Shown piece after piece: positions 10,064 to 20,975 of a DNA stretch of 64,000 nucleotides. The stretch is from an uncultured Actinomycetota bacterium (GTDB lineage Bacteria; Actinomycetota; Actinomycetes; JAHEKZ01), in assembly GCA_963743915.1 (NCBI GenBank), contig CAVURN010000003.1:448001-512000 (forward strand), read 5' to 3'. The translations under genes and the position numbers were made by a program. Numbering within the stretch: the stretch's first letter is position 1; each line of letters starts with the position of its first letter. A model generated the notes under the pieces. That model was not told the DNA's origin, ran no database searches, and worked only from the letters and a program-made list of their open reading frames with translations.

Positions 10064-11215
10064 ATGAGCGCTCGGGACTACCTCGAGAAGGACTACTACG
10101 CCCTGCTCGGGGTCACCAAGACCGCCACCGCGGACGAGATCAAGAAGGCGTACCGCAAGCTGGCCCGCCAGTACCACCCGGACGCCAACGCCGGTGACAG
10201 CAAGGCGGAGGAGAAGTTCAAGGAGATCTCCGAGGCCTACGACGTCCTCTCCGACGACGCCAAGCGCCGTGAGTACGACGAGATGCGTCAGTACGGCGGG
10301 TCGTTCGGCGGCGGTGGATTCGGCGGGGCCCCCGGCGGGTTCGGTCCAGGTGGCGCCAGCACGGTCAACCTCGGCGACCTCTTCGGGGACTCCGGGCTGG
10401 GCGACATGCTCGGCGGGCTGTTCGGGCAGGGCGGGCGCGGGGGCCACCGTCGGGCGAGCAAGGGGGACGACCTTGCTGCGCGCGTGACCCTCGGTTTCCG
10501 CGAGGCGGTCAACGGCGTCACCACCCAGGTCCAGCTGCGCTCGGAGGCCGCCTGCCCGACCTGCGGCGGCAGCGGAGCCAAGCCCGGCACCTCACCCCAC
10601 ACCTGCGCCGTCTGCGGAGGGAGCGGTCAGACCGTCCGGCAGCAGGGCGGGTTCGGTTTCGCCGAGCCGTGTCGCGCCTGTCACGGACGAGGGACCGTGG
10701 TCGACGACCCGTGCAGCACCTGCCAGGGGGTCGGCGTCACTCCGCAGACGCGCACCGTCAAGGTGCGCGTCCCTGCCGGGATCAAGGACGGCGGCACGCT
10801 GCGGGTGCCGGGCAAAGGTGCTCCGGGGCGCGGCGGTGGTACCGCCGGCGACCTTCTCGTCACCGTCCACGTGCAGCCACACCCGGTGTTCAGCCGGAAG
10901 GGCGAGCACCTCACCGTGACCTTGCCCATCACCTTCGCCGAGGCTGCGCTCGGCGCCACGGTCAGCGTGCCGACGCTCGACGGCGAGCCGGTCAGCCTGA
11001 AGATCCCTGCCGGCACCCCGAGTGGCCGCACCTTCCGCGTACGGGGACGGGGGATCGCGATGAAGAGCAAGCAGGGCGACCTGCTGGTGACCGTCGAGGT
11101 CGCCGTTCCGCAACGAAGCGACGGCAAGGCCAAGAAGGCACTGCAGGCGTACGCCGAGGCCACGGCGGACGACGACCCGCGCACCGACCTGATCGCGCAA
11201 GCCGGAAAGGACTGA
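10064..11215 (+). CDS. dnaJ: Chaperone DnaJ
   Basis: J-domain HPD, G/F-rich region, four CxxCxGxG repeats. Confidence 0.98.
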   Translation: MSARDYLEKDYYALLGVTKTATADEIKKAYRKLARQYHPDANAGDSKAEEKFKEISEAYDVLSDDAKRREYDEMRQYGGSFGGGGFGGAPGGFGPGGASTVNLGDLFGDSGLGDMLGGLFGQGGRGGHRRASKGDDLAARVTLGFREAVNGVTTQVQLRSEAACPTCGGSGAKPGTSPHTCAVCGGSGQTVRQQGGFGFAEPCRACHGRGTVVDDPCSTCQGVGVTPQTRTVKVRVPAGIKDGGTLRVPGKGAPGRGGGTAGDLLVTVHVQPHPVFSRKGEHLTVTLPITFAEAALGATVSVPTLDGEPVSLKIPAGTPSGRTFRVRGRGIAMKSKQGDLLVTVEVAVPQRSDGKAKKALQAYAEATADDDPRTDLIAQAGKD

Positions 11216-11217
11216 CG

Positions 11218-11631
11218 ATGGACGCCAGCAGCTTCGACGACTTCGACGCCGCGCCGGTCTTCGCCATCTCCGTGGTCGCCCAGATCACCGGGATGCACCC
11301 GCAGACGCTCCGCCAGTACGACCGGGTGGGGCTCGTCAGCCCGCAACGCACCAGTGGCGGTGGACGTCGCTACTCCGCACGTGACGTCGAGCGGCTGCGT
11401 GAGATCCAGCAGCTCTCCGGCGAGGGCATCGGCCTGACCGGCGTCAAGCGGATCCTCGAGCTCGAGCAGCTCACCGCCACGCTGCGCCAGCGGGTTGCTG
11501 AGCTCGAAGCCGAGCTCGACGCCGCTCGTCACGCGCTTGCGCAGGTCGACCGCACCCCGGGCAGCTCGGTCGTGCTCCGCGACAGCGCCGCGGTCGTCGT
11601 GTGGCGACGTCCCCCGCGATCCACCTTCTAG
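11218..11631 (+). CDS. hspR: Heat-shock repressor HspR (MerR family)
   Basis: [39 protein letters not shown]; follows dnaJ. Confidence 0.95.
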   Translation: MDASSFDDFDAAPVFAISVVAQITGMHPQTLRQYDRVGLVSPQRTSGGGRRYSARDVERLREIQQLSGEGIGLTGVKRILELEQLTATLRQRVAELEAELDAARHALAQVDRTPGSSVVLRDSAAVVVWRRPPRSTF

Positions 11632-11651
11632 CGACACCCACGGGAGCCGAC

Positions 11652-14222
11652 ATGGAGTTCACCACCCGCAGCAGGGAGGCGCTGGCGAGCGCCCAGCAGG
11701 CCGCGGTCTCCGGGGGTAATCCCCAGCTGGAGCCGGTGCACCTGCTGGCCGCCCTGGCCGACGAGACGGACGGCATCCCCGCCGCGCTGCTGCAGGCGCT
11801 CGGCGTCGAGCGCCCCGACCTCGCCGCAAAGGCGCACGCAGCCACGAACCGACTGCCGCAGGTGGCGGGCGCAACGGCGTCCGGGCCGCAGGCCTCCGGC
11901 GCGCTGCAGCGCGTGCTCGCGCGCGCCCAGGAGCGCGCGCAGGAGCGTGGTGACTCGTACGTGAGCACCGAGCATCTGCTGGTGGCGCTGGCCGGAGTCC
12001 CCGGTGAGGCGGCTGACCTGCTGTCGGCATCGGGTGCCACCGAGACCGCCCTCGCGGACGCCCTGGAGCGCGTTCGCGGCAATGCCCGCGTCACCACCGC
12101 GGATCCGGAGGGCACCTTCCAGGCGCTGGAAAAGTACGGGGTCGACCTCACCGCCCGAGCCCGCGACGGCAAGATCGACCCGGTCATCGGCAGGGACGCC
12201 GAGATCCGTCGGGTGGTGCAGGTGCTGTCGCGGCGCACCAAGAACAACCCGGTGCTGATCGGTGAGCCCGGCGTCGGCAAGACCGCCGTCGTCGAGGGCC
12301 TCGCCTCGCGCATGGTGGCCGGCGACGTGCCGGAGTCGCTGCGCGGCAAGCGGCTCGTCGCCCTCGACCTCGGGGCCATGGTGGCGGGCGCGAAGTACCG
12401 CGGCGAGTTCGAGGAGCGGCTCAAGGCCGTGCTCGACGAGATCAAGGAGTCCGACGGCCAGGTCGTCACCTTCATCGACGAGATGCACACCGTCGTCGGA
12501 GCGGGTGCCACGGGTGACTCGGCGATGGACGCCAGCAACATGCTCAAGCCGATGCTCGCGCGCGGCGAGCTGCGCATGATCGGGGCGACCACGCTCGACG
12601 AGTACCGCGAGCACGTCGAGAAGGACCCAGCGCTCGAGCGCCGGTTCCAGCAGGTGCTCGTCGACGAGCCGAGCGTCGAGGACACCGTCGCCATCCTGCG
12701 CGGCCTCAAGGAACGCTATGAGGCGCATCACAAGGTCCAGATCGAGGACACGGCGCTCGTCGCCGCCGCCGGCCTCTCGCACCGGTACATCCCCGCTCGA
12801 CAGCTGCCCGACAAGGCGATCGACCTCGTCGACGAGGCGGCCTCACGCCTGCGCATGGAGATCGACTCCAGTCCGGTCGAGATCGACCAGCTCCAGCGGC
12901 AGGTCGACCGGCTCCGCATGGAAGAGATGGCCCTGGCGCGCGAGACCGACGAGGCGTCGAAGGAGCGGCTCGCCACCCTGCGAGCGGACCTGGCCGACCT
13001 GCAGGAGCAACTGGCCGCCCTGCAGACCCGGTGGGAGCAGGAGAAGGCCGGGCTGAACCGGGTCGGCGCGCTCAAGGAGCAGGTGGATGCACTGCGCGTG
13101 CAGGCCGAGCGAGCCCAGCGGGACGGCGACCTCGCGACCGCGTCGGAGCTGCTCTACGGCGAGATCCCGGCACTCGAGAAGCAGATCGCCGAGGCGTCCG
13201 CGACCATGGAGACCGAGCCGATGGTGAAGGAGACCGTCGGCCCCGACGACATCGCCGAGGTCGTCGCCGCGTGGACCGGGATCCCCGCGGGGCGTCTGCT
13301 CGAAGGCGAAGCGGCCAAGCTGCTGCGCATGGAGGACGAGCTGGGCCGTCAGGTGATCGGCCAACGCGAGGCGATCGGTGCGGTGTCGGACGCGGTGCGT
13401 CGGGCCCGTGCGGGGATCGCCGACCCGAACCGTCCCACCGGGTCGTTCTTGTTCCTCGGTCCGACCGGTGTCGGAAAGACCGAGCTGGCCAAGGCGCTCG
13501 CCGACTTCCTCTTCGACGACCCGCACGCCATGGTGCGCATCGACATGAGCGAGTACGGCGAGAAGCACTCCGTCGCGCGGCTGGTCGGCGCGCCCCCCGG
13601 CTACGTCGGGTACGAGGAGGGCGGTCAGCTCACCGAGGCGGTGCGCCGGCGTCCCTACTCCGTCGTGCTGCTCGACGAGGTCGAGAAGGCGCACCCCGAG
13701 GTGTTCGACGTCCTGCTGCAGGTGCTCGACGACGGACGGCTCACCGACGGTCAGGGGCGGGTCGTCGACTTCACCAACGCGCTGCTGATCCTCACGTCCA
13801 ACCTGGGCTCGACCTACCTGGTCGACCCCGAGCTCGACACGGCGACCAAGCGGGAACGGGTGATGGGCGTCGTGCGCTCCACGTTCAAGCCGGAGTTCCT
13901 CAACCGGCTCGACGACGTCGTGCTCTTCGAGGCGTTGTCGGAGGACGAGCTCGCCACCATCGTCCAGCTGCAGGTCGGGCTGCTGGCACGGCGGCTCGCT
14001 GACCGCCGGATCGGCCTCGACGTCACCTCCGACGCCGCGACCTGGCTGGCCCGCGAAGGGTACGACCCCGCGTACGGAGCGCGCCCGCTGCGTCGGCTCA
14101 TCCAGACCGAGATCGGTGACCGGCTGGCCCGTCAGATCATCGCCGGCGAGGTGCACGACGGCGACACCGTGGTGGTGGATGCGTCGTCGGACGGGGCGGG
14201 ACTGACCCTCACCGCTCGGTGA
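11652..14222 (+). CDS. clpB: ATP-dependent disaggregase ClpB
   Basis: Two Walker A motifs ([16 protein letters not shown]), coiled-coil M domain, GARPLRR. Confidence 0.98.
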   Translation: MEFTTRSREALASAQQAAVSGGNPQLEPVHLLAALADETDGIPAALLQALGVERPDLAAKAHAATNRLPQVAGATASGPQASGALQRVLARAQERAQERGDSYVSTEHLLVALAGVPGEAADLLSASGATETALADALERVRGNARVTTADPEGTFQALEKYGVDLTARARDGKIDPVIGRDAEIRRVVQVLSRRTKNNPVLIGEPGVGKTAVVEGLASRMVAGDVPESLRGKRLVALDLGAMVAGAKYRGEFEERLKAVLDEIKESDGQVVTFIDEMHTVVGAGATGDSAMDASNMLKPMLARGELRMIGATTLDEYREHVEKDPALERRFQQVLVDEPSVEDTVAILRGLKERYEAHHKVQIEDTALVAAAGLSHRYIPARQLPDKAIDLVDEAASRLRMEIDSSPVEIDQLQRQVDRLRMEEMALARETDEASKERLATLRADLADLQEQLAALQTRWEQEKAGLNRVGALKEQVDALRVQAERAQRDGDLATASELLYGEIPALEKQIAEASATMETEPMVKETVGPDDIAEVVAAWTGIPAGRLLEGEAAKLLRMEDELGRQVIGQREAIGAVSDAVRRARAGIADPNRPTGSFLFLGPTGVGKTELAKALADFLFDDPHAMVRIDMSEYGEKHSVARLVGAPPGYVGYEEGGQLTEAVRRRPYSVVLLDEVEKAHPEVFDVLLQVLDDGRLTDGQGRVVDFTNALLILTSNLGSTYLVDPELDTATKRERVMGVVRSTFKPEFLNRLDDVVLFEALSEDELATIVQLQVGLLARRLADRRIGLDVTSDAATWLAREGYDPAYGARPLRRLIQTEIGDRLARQIIAGEVHDGDTVVVDASSDGAGLTLTAR

Positions 14223-15036
14223 TCGCCCGGTGGGGGCGGGCGGTGCGTCTGCCCGGACGCGGACTACGGCGTCGATCGGGATCGAGCACGGCCAGGGACA
14301 CCAGGCACCAGGCCCAGCCGAGCAGCAGCCCGGCCACCACGTCGGTGAACCAGTGGACCCCGAGCAGCGCGCGGCTGCCGCCGACGGCGACCCCCAGACC
14401 CACCGCGACCGCGACCAGCAGTCGACGGTCGGCGCGGACCACCACCGCGCTGACCACCAGGGCCAGCGCGAGGTAGGTCGCCGCAGCTGCAGTGGTGTGA
14501 CCTGAGGGGAACGAGTTGCCGCTGAAGGTCGCCAACGGGTCGAGCGCGGGCCGGGGTCGCCCGACCAGCCACTTGATGGCGTTCGCCAGCGCCCACTGGC
14601 CGACGACCACCACCACCAGGAACAGCGCCCATCGGGGGCGCTTGGCCCACGCCAGGAGGAGCGCCGTGGCCACGGCCGCGAGGGTCAGGACCGTGACGGT
14701 GTCACCGAAGTGCGTGATCAGACGCAGGACGTCGGTGCCCAGTGGCCCGGCCTGCTCGCTGGCCCACCGCTCCACCTGGTCGTCCCAACGGCGCACCGGA
14801 GTGTTGCGCTCGACGAGCAGCGCCAAGGCTCCGATCACCACGAACGCCACGGTGAGGGCGCCCATCGCCGGCACCAGCACGGTCGTGCGCGCCACCGGTC
14901 CGGCGTCCTCGAGTGCGTCGTCGAGCGCCTTCTCGATCGGGACCTCGACGCTGCGACGCCAGACGCGCCAGGTCCACGCCCAGTACGTGAGGACGGCGGC
15001 ACCGGCGGAGACGAAGAGCAGGAGGAGGAGAGGCAT
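14209..15036 (-). CDS. PAP2 family membrane phosphatase
   Basis: KWLVGRPRP, SFPSGH, SRALLGVHWFTDV motifs. Confidence 0.9.
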   Translation of the reverse strand: MPLLLLLFVSAGAAVLTYWAWTWRVWRRSVEVPIEKALDDALEDAGPVARTTVLVPAMGALTVAFVVIGALALLVERNTPVRRWDDQVERWASEQAGPLGTDVLRLITHFGDTVTVLTLAAVATALLLAWAKRPRWALFLVVVVVGQWALANAIKWLVGRPRPALDPLATFSGNSFPSGHTTAAAATYLALALVVSAVVVRADRRLLVAVAVGLGVAVGGSRALLGVHWFTDVVAGLLLGWAWCLVSLAVLDPDRRRSPRPGRRTARPHRAITER

Positions 15037-15043
15037 GCTCGCT

Positions 15044-15068
15044 GTTTACCCCCTCATCCGCCGGGTAT
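15044..15068 (+). promoter_or_regulatory. SigB/SigF-type promoter
   Basis: GTTT-N15-GGGTAT, 9 nt before the ATG at 15078. Confidence 0.65.
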
Positions 15069-15077
15069 GCCCTGCTC

Positions 15078-15815
15078 ATGTCTGAAACCGCTCTCGCCGA
15101 GCGTTGGGAGCGGGAACCCGCCCTCAGCGTCAGCGCCGCCCGCCGATGGTCCTCCTACGCCCGCGTGACGGCATTGGGGTGGGTCACCCTTCTCGCCGTC
15201 CTCGCCGGAACCGGCCTGCTCCTGACCGGCCCGCTGGCCGACTCCGCCCTCGTCCGGTGGGACGAACGGCTGCCCGAGCAGTGGGAGCGAGGGCGGGACG
15301 CGGCGTCCAGCGCTTGGTCGCACAGCGGCAGCACGGTGGGGGACACCCTCACCGTCGTCGGGATCGCGGTGGCCGTCGGGATCGTCCTGCTGGTGATGAA
15401 GCGGTGGGCGTCGGTGCTGCTGCTCGCCACCGCCATGCTCGCCGAGGTCAGCGTCTTCGTCGCCACGACCCTGCTGGTGGCGCGTGACCGCCCGGACGTC
15501 GCACAGATGGATGTGTCGCCCCCGACGTCGTCCTTCCCCTCCGGGCACACCGCCGCTGCGACCGCCCTCGCCCTGAGCCTGGCCCTCATCGTCTCGTGGA
15601 ACGTCCGCTCCACCGCGGTCAAGGTGACGGCGTGGTCGGTCGCCCTGGTCATCGGGCCTGTGGTGGCGGTCGCGCGCGTCTACCGCGGCATGCACCACCC
15701 CACTGACGTGGCCATGGGCCTGGTGATGGGCGCGGCCTGCGTGCTGCTCGCCTGGCTCGCAGTGAGCGCCTGGGCCAGCGACCCTGACCCCCGCCTCACC
15801 GAGGAGAACGCATGA
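15078..15815 (+). CDS. PAP2 family membrane phosphatase
   Basis: RDRP, SFPSGH, ARVYRGMHHPTDV motifs. Confidence 0.9.
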   Translation: MSETALAERWEREPALSVSAARRWSSYARVTALGWVTLLAVLAGTGLLLTGPLADSALVRWDERLPEQWERGRDAASSAWSHSGSTVGDTLTVVGIAVAVGIVLLVMKRWASVLLLATAMLAEVSVFVATTLLVARDRPDVAQMDVSPPTSSFPSGHTAAATALALSLALIVSWNVRSTAVKVTAWSVALVIGPVVAVARVYRGMHHPTDVAMGLVMGAACVLLAWLAVSAWASDPDPRLTEENA

Positions 15816-16696
15816 GGATCGCCGTCGTCGCCCACCGGAGGAAGACGCTGGGCGGTGGACTGATGGAGCTGCGCGAGACCTTCGCGCGCCTCGGGATCAC
15901 CGACCTGCTCTGGTACGAGGTCGACAAGAGTCGCAAGGCGCCGAAGCAGGTGAAGCGCGCCCTGGACGAAGGGGCCGAGCGCATCTTCGTCTGGGGCGGT
16001 GACGGCACCGTCCAGCGCTGCCTCGATGTGCTCGCCGGCACGAAGGTCCCGATGGCCGTGCTTCCCGCAGGCACCGGCAATCTCTTCGCGACCAACCTCG
16101 GCATCCCCAAGGACATCGCCGGCGCGGTCGAGGTCGGGCTGCACGGAGAGCTCACCTCACTGGACGTCGGCAACGTCAACGGCGAGCGGTTCGGCGTCAT
16201 GGCGGGCGTCGGGGCCGATGCCCTGATGATCCGGGACGCCGACCGCGGCCTGAAGGACCGTCTGGGACGCGGCGCCTATTTGGTGACGGGGGTGCGCAAC
16301 CTCTCCGACGCCGTTGCCAAGGTCACCGTCGACGTCGACGGCGAGCGCTTCTACAAGGGACCGGCCGGCTGTGTGCTGGTCGGGAACGTCGGCAGAGCGC
16401 TCGGGGGCATCAAGGCGTTCGACGACGCCTCACCCACCGACGGCCGCATCGACGTTGCAGTCGTCACGGCGCGGACGCCCGTGCAGTGGAGTCGCGTCCT
16501 CACGAGGATCGCGGTGGGCCGCACCGCCAACGCCAAGCACGTCAAGGCCGTGGCCGGTCGCAAGGTCGACATCCGACTGAAGAAGAAGCGGCTCTACGAG
16601 ATCGACGGCGGGGACCGGAGCAAGGTGCGGAAGCTGAAGGTCAGGGTCGAGCCCCGGTCCCTGGTGGTGTGCGTCCCCGCTGACGAGGTCGCGTGA
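15812..16696 (+). CDS. Diacylglycerol kinase family lipid kinase
   Basis: GGDGT, LPAGTGN, YEIDGG motifs. Confidence 0.9.
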   Translation: MRIAVVAHRRKTLGGGLMELRETFARLGITDLLWYEVDKSRKAPKQVKRALDEGAERIFVWGGDGTVQRCLDVLAGTKVPMAVLPAGTGNLFATNLGIPKDIAGAVEVGLHGELTSLDVGNVNGERFGVMAGVGADALMIRDADRGLKDRLGRGAYLVTGVRNLSDAVAKVTVDVDGERFYKGPAGCVLVGNVGRALGGIKAFDDASPTDGRIDVAVVTARTPVQWSRVLTRIAVGRTANAKHVKAVAGRKVDIRLKKKRLYEIDGGDRSKVRKLKVRVEPRSLVVCVPADEVA

Positions 16697-17634
16697 TGGG
16701 ACGAGTCGTCGAGGTCCCGGAGACGTACTCCCTCACCGGTGACGACGCGCGCACGACGTTGCGTGAGGCCCACTGGCAGACGGTCCTGCGCCAGGCGTTC
16801 ACGCGCTTGCGCGCCGCCGACGGATTCAGTCACGCCCGCGCACTGGCCTTCGCGCTGGCCCTGCTGATGGTCGAGGCGATCGTCATCGTGGTCGGGATGG
16901 CCGTCGCCACCGGCTCGTCCGCGTTCGCGCGCACCGTCGTCGACGTGATCGAGGGTTCGGTCCCCGGGCCGGCTGGGCAGGTGCTCACCTCCGCGGTCCG
17001 CCAGGCGCAGGAGACCGGCTCCAGCCACCAGTACACGGCGCTGGTCATCGGCCTGGTCGCGGTCCTTGTCACCGGCGCGACCGCCATGGGACAGGTCGAG
17101 CGCTCGTGCAACCGGATCTACGGGATCGAGCAGGACCGGCCCACCAGGCTGAAGTACTCGCGCGCCGCACTGCTGGCCCTCACCGCCGGGCTGATCGGGG
17201 CGCTGGGCACCACCATGCTCGTGCTCGGACGACCCGTGGCGCACGCCATCGACGGATCCTGGGCGGGGACCGTGTGGGACCTCGCCCGATTCCCCCTCGC
17301 GGTGCTGCTGCTGGTCCTGGGCATGACCGTGCTGCTGAAGTGGAGTCCACGACGCCGGCAACCCGGCTACTCGTGGCTGCTGTACGGAGCCGCCCTCTCG
17401 GTGATGCTGCTGGTCGTCGCCTCACTCGCGCTCGCGCTCTTCTTCCGGTGGAGCACCACCTTCGGTGACACCTACGGACCGCTCGCCGGGATGATCGGCC
17501 TGCTGCTGTGGTGCCTGGCGCTGGCGGCGTCCTCGCTCTACGGCGTGGCCATCACCGCCGAGCTCGAGCTCGTCCGGTCCCGCCGGGGTGTGAGCAACGA
17601 CACCCTCCGTGCGGCCCCCGCGGTCACCGTCTGA
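16693..17634 (+). CDS. YihY/BrkB family membrane protein
   Basis: Multi-TM protein with NRIYG and TYGPLAGMIGLLLW motifs. Confidence 0.85.
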   Translation: MMGRVVEVPETYSLTGDDARTTLREAHWQTVLRQAFTRLRAADGFSHARALAFALALLMVEAIVIVVGMAVATGSSAFARTVVDVIEGSVPGPAGQVLTSAVRQAQETGSSHQYTALVIGLVAVLVTGATAMGQVERSCNRIYGIEQDRPTRLKYSRAALLALTAGLIGALGTTMLVLGRPVAHAIDGSWAGTVWDLARFPLAVLLLVLGMTVLLKWSPRRRQPGYSWLLYGAALSVMLLVVASLALALFFRWSTTFGDTYGPLAGMIGLLLWCLALAASSLYGVAITAELELVRSRRGVSNDTLRAAPAVTV

Positions 17635-17635
17635 G

Positions 17636-17660
17636 GTTTCTCCCGTCGTCGGAGGGGCAT
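17636..17660 (+). promoter_or_regulatory. SigB/SigF-type promoter candidate
   Basis: GTTT-N15-GGGCAT upstream of the PP2C phosphatase gene. Confidence 0.5.
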
Positions 17661-17754
17661 CGAGAGGACCCGTGGCCGCCGGCGTGGGGGACCGGCGGTC
17701 ACCCAAGGCTGAGGTCAGGTTGACGAGGCGGCGGCTGGCGGCAATCCTCGCGAG

Positions 17755-18876
17755 GTGATCTCCGACCAGCTGTCGCGACCGTGCCCGTGGTACCGGGACC
17801 GGGGTCTGATTGCCAGCACCGCCTTCAGCGTGGCCGTCCTCGCCTACAACCTCACGCAGGACCAGTTGAGCGAGCAGGTGCACGGGGTTCTCGCGGCGGC
17901 CCCCATGCTTGCTGCGGTGCTCGTCGAACGTGTCTCACGGGTGGCCTGGGCAACTGTGGTGGCAGTTCTCGCGGCCGTCGTCGGGACAATGCCGGCGCAC
18001 GCCAATTGGGACACGTCCCAGAACTTGCGACTCGGGTCGATCCTCCTGACCGGAGTGGTGGGGTGGTTCGCGGCCGACGTGCGGCTGCGCAACCAGCGCC
18101 GGCTGGTGGCGACGCGTGAGGTCGCGAAGACAGCGCAACGAGCCGTGATGCGCATGACGCCGCCCGAGGCCCAGGGCGTCGATGCGGCCGTCCGCTACGT
18201 GTCCGCCAGCGAGGCGGCCAACATCGGCGGGGACGCCTACGAGGCTCTGCTCACTCCCTTCGGTCTTCGCGTGCTGGTGGCTGACGCGAGGGGGAAGGGT
18301 CTGCCGGCGGTGCTGTCCTCGGCCGTCGCCCTTGGTGCCTTTCGGGAGTGGGCATACGAGGAACGTGAGCTGACCGACCTGATCGACCGCATGGACGCCT
18401 CCGTGACGCGCGAGGTCGCCGACGAGGACTTCGTGACCGCACTGGTCGCGGAGTTCAGCGGCAACCGCCTGACCTACGTGGCCGCGGGCCACCCGGCACC
18501 GGTGCTGCTGCGCGACGGGCGGGCCCGTTCCCTGGACGTGCAGCCCTCGCCGCCGCTGTCACTCATCAGTGAGGGGAAGCGACCCGTTGTCGGCGCCGTC
18601 CTGCTGCGGAGAGGCGACGTCGTGCTGATGTTCACCGACGGGCTCGCGGACGCGCGCAATGAGGTCGGGGAGTTCTTCGCAGTCGGTGAGGCGCTGGAGC
18701 GGGTCGCCAAGGACGCCCTGTCGGTCGACGAGTGCGCGGACGGGCTGCTGGCCGAGCTCCGCGAGTACATCCACAGCGATCTCGAGGACGACGTCGCGAT
18801 GGTGGCTCTCCGGGTGACCGACCCGGTCGAGCGGCTCACCGAGCAGGGCATCGACTCAGCCGTGGGCGGCGCCTGA
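17755..18876 (+). CDS. Membrane PP2C/SpoIIE (RsbU-like) phosphatase
   Basis: N-terminal TM helices; IGGDAY, VADARGKG, AGHPAP, FTDGL, EDDVA motifs. Confidence 0.9.
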   Translation: MISDQLSRPCPWYRDRGLIASTAFSVAVLAYNLTQDQLSEQVHGVLAAAPMLAAVLVERVSRVAWATVVAVLAAVVGTMPAHANWDTSQNLRLGSILLTGVVGWFAADVRLRNQRRLVATREVAKTAQRAVMRMTPPEAQGVDAAVRYVSASEAANIGGDAYEALLTPFGLRVLVADARGKGLPAVLSSAVALGAFREWAYEERELTDLIDRMDASVTREVADEDFVTALVAEFSGNRLTYVAAGHPAPVLLRDGRARSLDVQPSPPLSLISEGKRPVVGAVLLRRGDVVLMFTDGLADARNEVGEFFAVGEALERVAKDALSVDECADGLLAELREYIHSDLEDDVAMVALRVTDPVERLTEQGIDSAVGGA

Positions 18877-18884
18877 CCAGCGCG

Positions 18885-18909
18885 GTTTGTCCCTCGCGCT
18901 GACGGGTAC
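18885..18909 (+). promoter_or_regulatory. SigB/SigF-type promoter
   Basis: GTTT-N15-GGGTAC upstream of the GGAGG RBS and GTG 18938. Confidence 0.65.
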
Positions 18910-18937
18910 GTCTCCCAGGACAGACCTGGAGGTACCC

Positions 18938-19982
18938 GTGCCCTACGGAACCGTGCTCGAGCCCAGCCAGCTGGTGGCGTCACCCCTGCCGCGCCCTCGG
19001 GGCGTGCTGTCCGAGGCGGTGATCGATGTCCTGCAGCGTGATCCCGCCCACTCCCGTGCGCTCCTGCCGCATCCGTCCGGTGGTCACGACGACCCGCTCT
19101 ACGGGGACGACTCGGCGCTGGCTCTGTACTGCCTCTACGAGCTGCACTACCGAGGCTTCGACGGTGTCGATGCCCGATGGGAGTGGCACCCCGAGCTGCT
19201 GCGGTGGCGGCAGCAGATGGAGACGCTGATCGAGGAGCGGCTCGAGGACGAGCTGGGTGCTCTCGAAGAGCACCCCAAGATCCCGCAGGCGCTGCACGAC
19301 CTCATGGACGCCGCGAGTGGCCCCAGTCTCTCCGCTCACCTTCTGGAGAAGGGCACGGTCGAGCAGCTCGACCGAGATGGTGATCCACCGTTCGGCGTAC
19401 CAGCTGAAAGAGGCGGACCCGCACACGTGGGCCATCCCGCGGCTGTCCGGGGTGCCCAAGGCGGCAGCCGTCGAGATCCAGGCTGACGAATACGGCGACG
19501 GGGTCGCGCGGGACATGCACCAGAACCTCTTCGGTCTCACCATGACCGAGCTCGGGCTGGACCCGTCGTACCACGCCTACCTGGACGTGCTGCCGGGGTC
19601 GACCCTGGCGGGCGTGAACGCGGTGAGCATGTTCGGCCTGCACCGCAGGTGGCTCGGCGCCAGCGTCGGGCACCTGGCCATGTTCGAGATGACGTCCGTC
19701 GAACCGATGGGTGCGACCGCAGCAGCCTTGCGGCGGCTCGGATTCGGGGCGGATGCCCGGCACTTCTACTCCGTGCACGTGACCGCCGATGCCCACCACC
19801 AGCACGTGGCGGCTGACCAGCTGGCCCGGGGGCTGGTCGAGCAGGACGAGCGCTACGCGCGGGACGTGCTGTTCGGTGCGGCCTCGGTGATGGCCCTGGA
19901 GGGGGAGTCGGCTCGGCGCACCCTCGACGCCTGGGAGCACGGACGCTCGTCGCTGCTCACCGCCGACGTCCTGGTGGCCTGA
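18938..19982 (+). CDS. Iron-containing redox enzyme (heme-oxygenase-like) family protein, frameshift near 19370
   Basis: LYELHYRGF in the first frame; HRSAYQLKEADPH, EIQADEYG, HVTADAHH in the second. Confidence 0.85.
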
Positions 19983-20012
19983 CTACACAAGTCCCTGACC
20001 ACCACGTGGACG

Positions 20013-20048
20013 ACGAGAAGGGGACCACTTCCGTGGTCCCCTTCTCGT
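20013..20048. terminator. Hairpin between convergent genes
   Basis: ACGAGAAGGGGACCAC-ttcc-GTGGTCCCCTTCTCGT, perfect 16-bp stem. Confidence 0.75.
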
Positions 20049-20073
20049 GCTTCCGCGGCAGAAGCGGTCGGTG

Positions 20074-20283
20074 CTAGTCGGTGCTGACGTGGCGGTCCTC
20101 CACCACCCGGTGCTCGGTGCGCCGGGCGGAGTTGGCCGTGAAGAGGCCGGCGACGAGCAGCACGACGCCGACGGCAGCCACGATCCAGCCGGCCACCACC
20201 AGGTCGATCCCGTCGAGCCGGTCAGCAACGGCGAGCGCCATGATCAGGCCGATGGCGGTGAGCAGTCCTCCGAAAGCGATCAT
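20074..20283 (-). CDS. Small two-TM membrane protein (69 aa, DUF6458-like)
   Basis: GAGGAG RBS; GLIMALAV..LDGIDLVVAGWIV pattern. Confidence 0.7.
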   Translation of the reverse strand: MIAFGGLLTAIGLIMALAVADRLDGIDLVVAGWIVAAVGVVLLVAGLFTANSARRTEHRVVEDRHVSTD

Positions 20284-20294
20284 GATGTGTCTCC

Positions 20295-20438
20295 TCAGGT
20301 GAAGATGCTGACGCCGCCAGGGCCGACCAAGAGGCCAACGACGATCAGGACGATTCCCCACAGGACCGAGCCGCGGATGAGAGCGACGATGCCGCTCACC
20401 ACCAAGATCACGGCGACGATCCACAGCAAGAGCTCCAT
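20295..20438 (-). CDS. GPGG-motif small membrane protein (47 aa)
   Basis: MELLLWIVAVILVVSGIVALIRGSVLWGIVLIVVGLLVGPGGVSIFT; GGAGG RBS. Confidence 0.85.
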   Translation of the reverse strand: MELLLWIVAVILVVSGIVALIRGSVLWGIVLIVVGLLVGPGGVSIFT

Positions 20439-20469
20439 GGGTCCTCCATTTCGGTGTCGTGCCCCGGGG

Positions 20470-20536
20470 GTACCCCGGGGCGGCATGCGGCAAACCTCAC
20501 GGACGACCGGTGTTTGGACTGCGGCACTGGGGGTAT
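20470..20536. promoter_or_regulatory. Back-to-back SigB/SigF-type promoters
   Basis: Minus strand GTTT-N16-GGGTAC (20495-20470); plus strand GTTT-N15-GGGTAT (20512-20536). Confidence 0.65.
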
Positions 20537-20612
20537 TCGACGGGTGAGAACTGCACTGAACGAGGGCGGGAGCCGATCCGGCCTGATGAGCCAGAGAGGT
20601 AGTGTCAGCGAC

Positions 20613-20975
20613 GTGAATCTTGAGGTGGAACGACGGACTGTCGGCGACGCGCTGGTCGTGTCCGTCTCCGGAGAGGTGGACCTGGCCACGGCCGAGCCGC
20701 TGCGTGAGGCCCTGGTGGCCGCGGAGGCAGAGTCGGCGTCCGGCATGGTGATCGACCTGCAGCGGGTGGGCTTCCTCGACTCCACCGGGATCGGTGAGCT
20801 GGTGGGGGTGCACCGCCGGTTGCGCAAGAGCGAACGCCCGTTGGCCCTGGTCGTCCCGGAGGGACCCATCCGCAAGATCCTCGCCATCACCGGGATGGAC
20901 AGCGTGCTGGACCTGCACGAGGACGAGAGCTCGGCGATCGCGGCCCTGGCGATGCGAGAGCCCGGCCATGCCTGA
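20613..20975 (+). CDS. STAS-domain anti-sigma factor antagonist (RsbV-like)
   Basis: GEVDLATA, DLQRVGFLDSTG with the phosphorylatable Ser, ILAITG. Confidence 0.92.
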   Translation: MNLEVERRTVGDALVVSVSGEVDLATAEPLREALVAAEAESASGMVIDLQRVGFLDSTGIGELVGVHRRLRKSERPLALVVPEGPIRKILAITGMDSVLDLHEDESSAIAALAMREPGHA

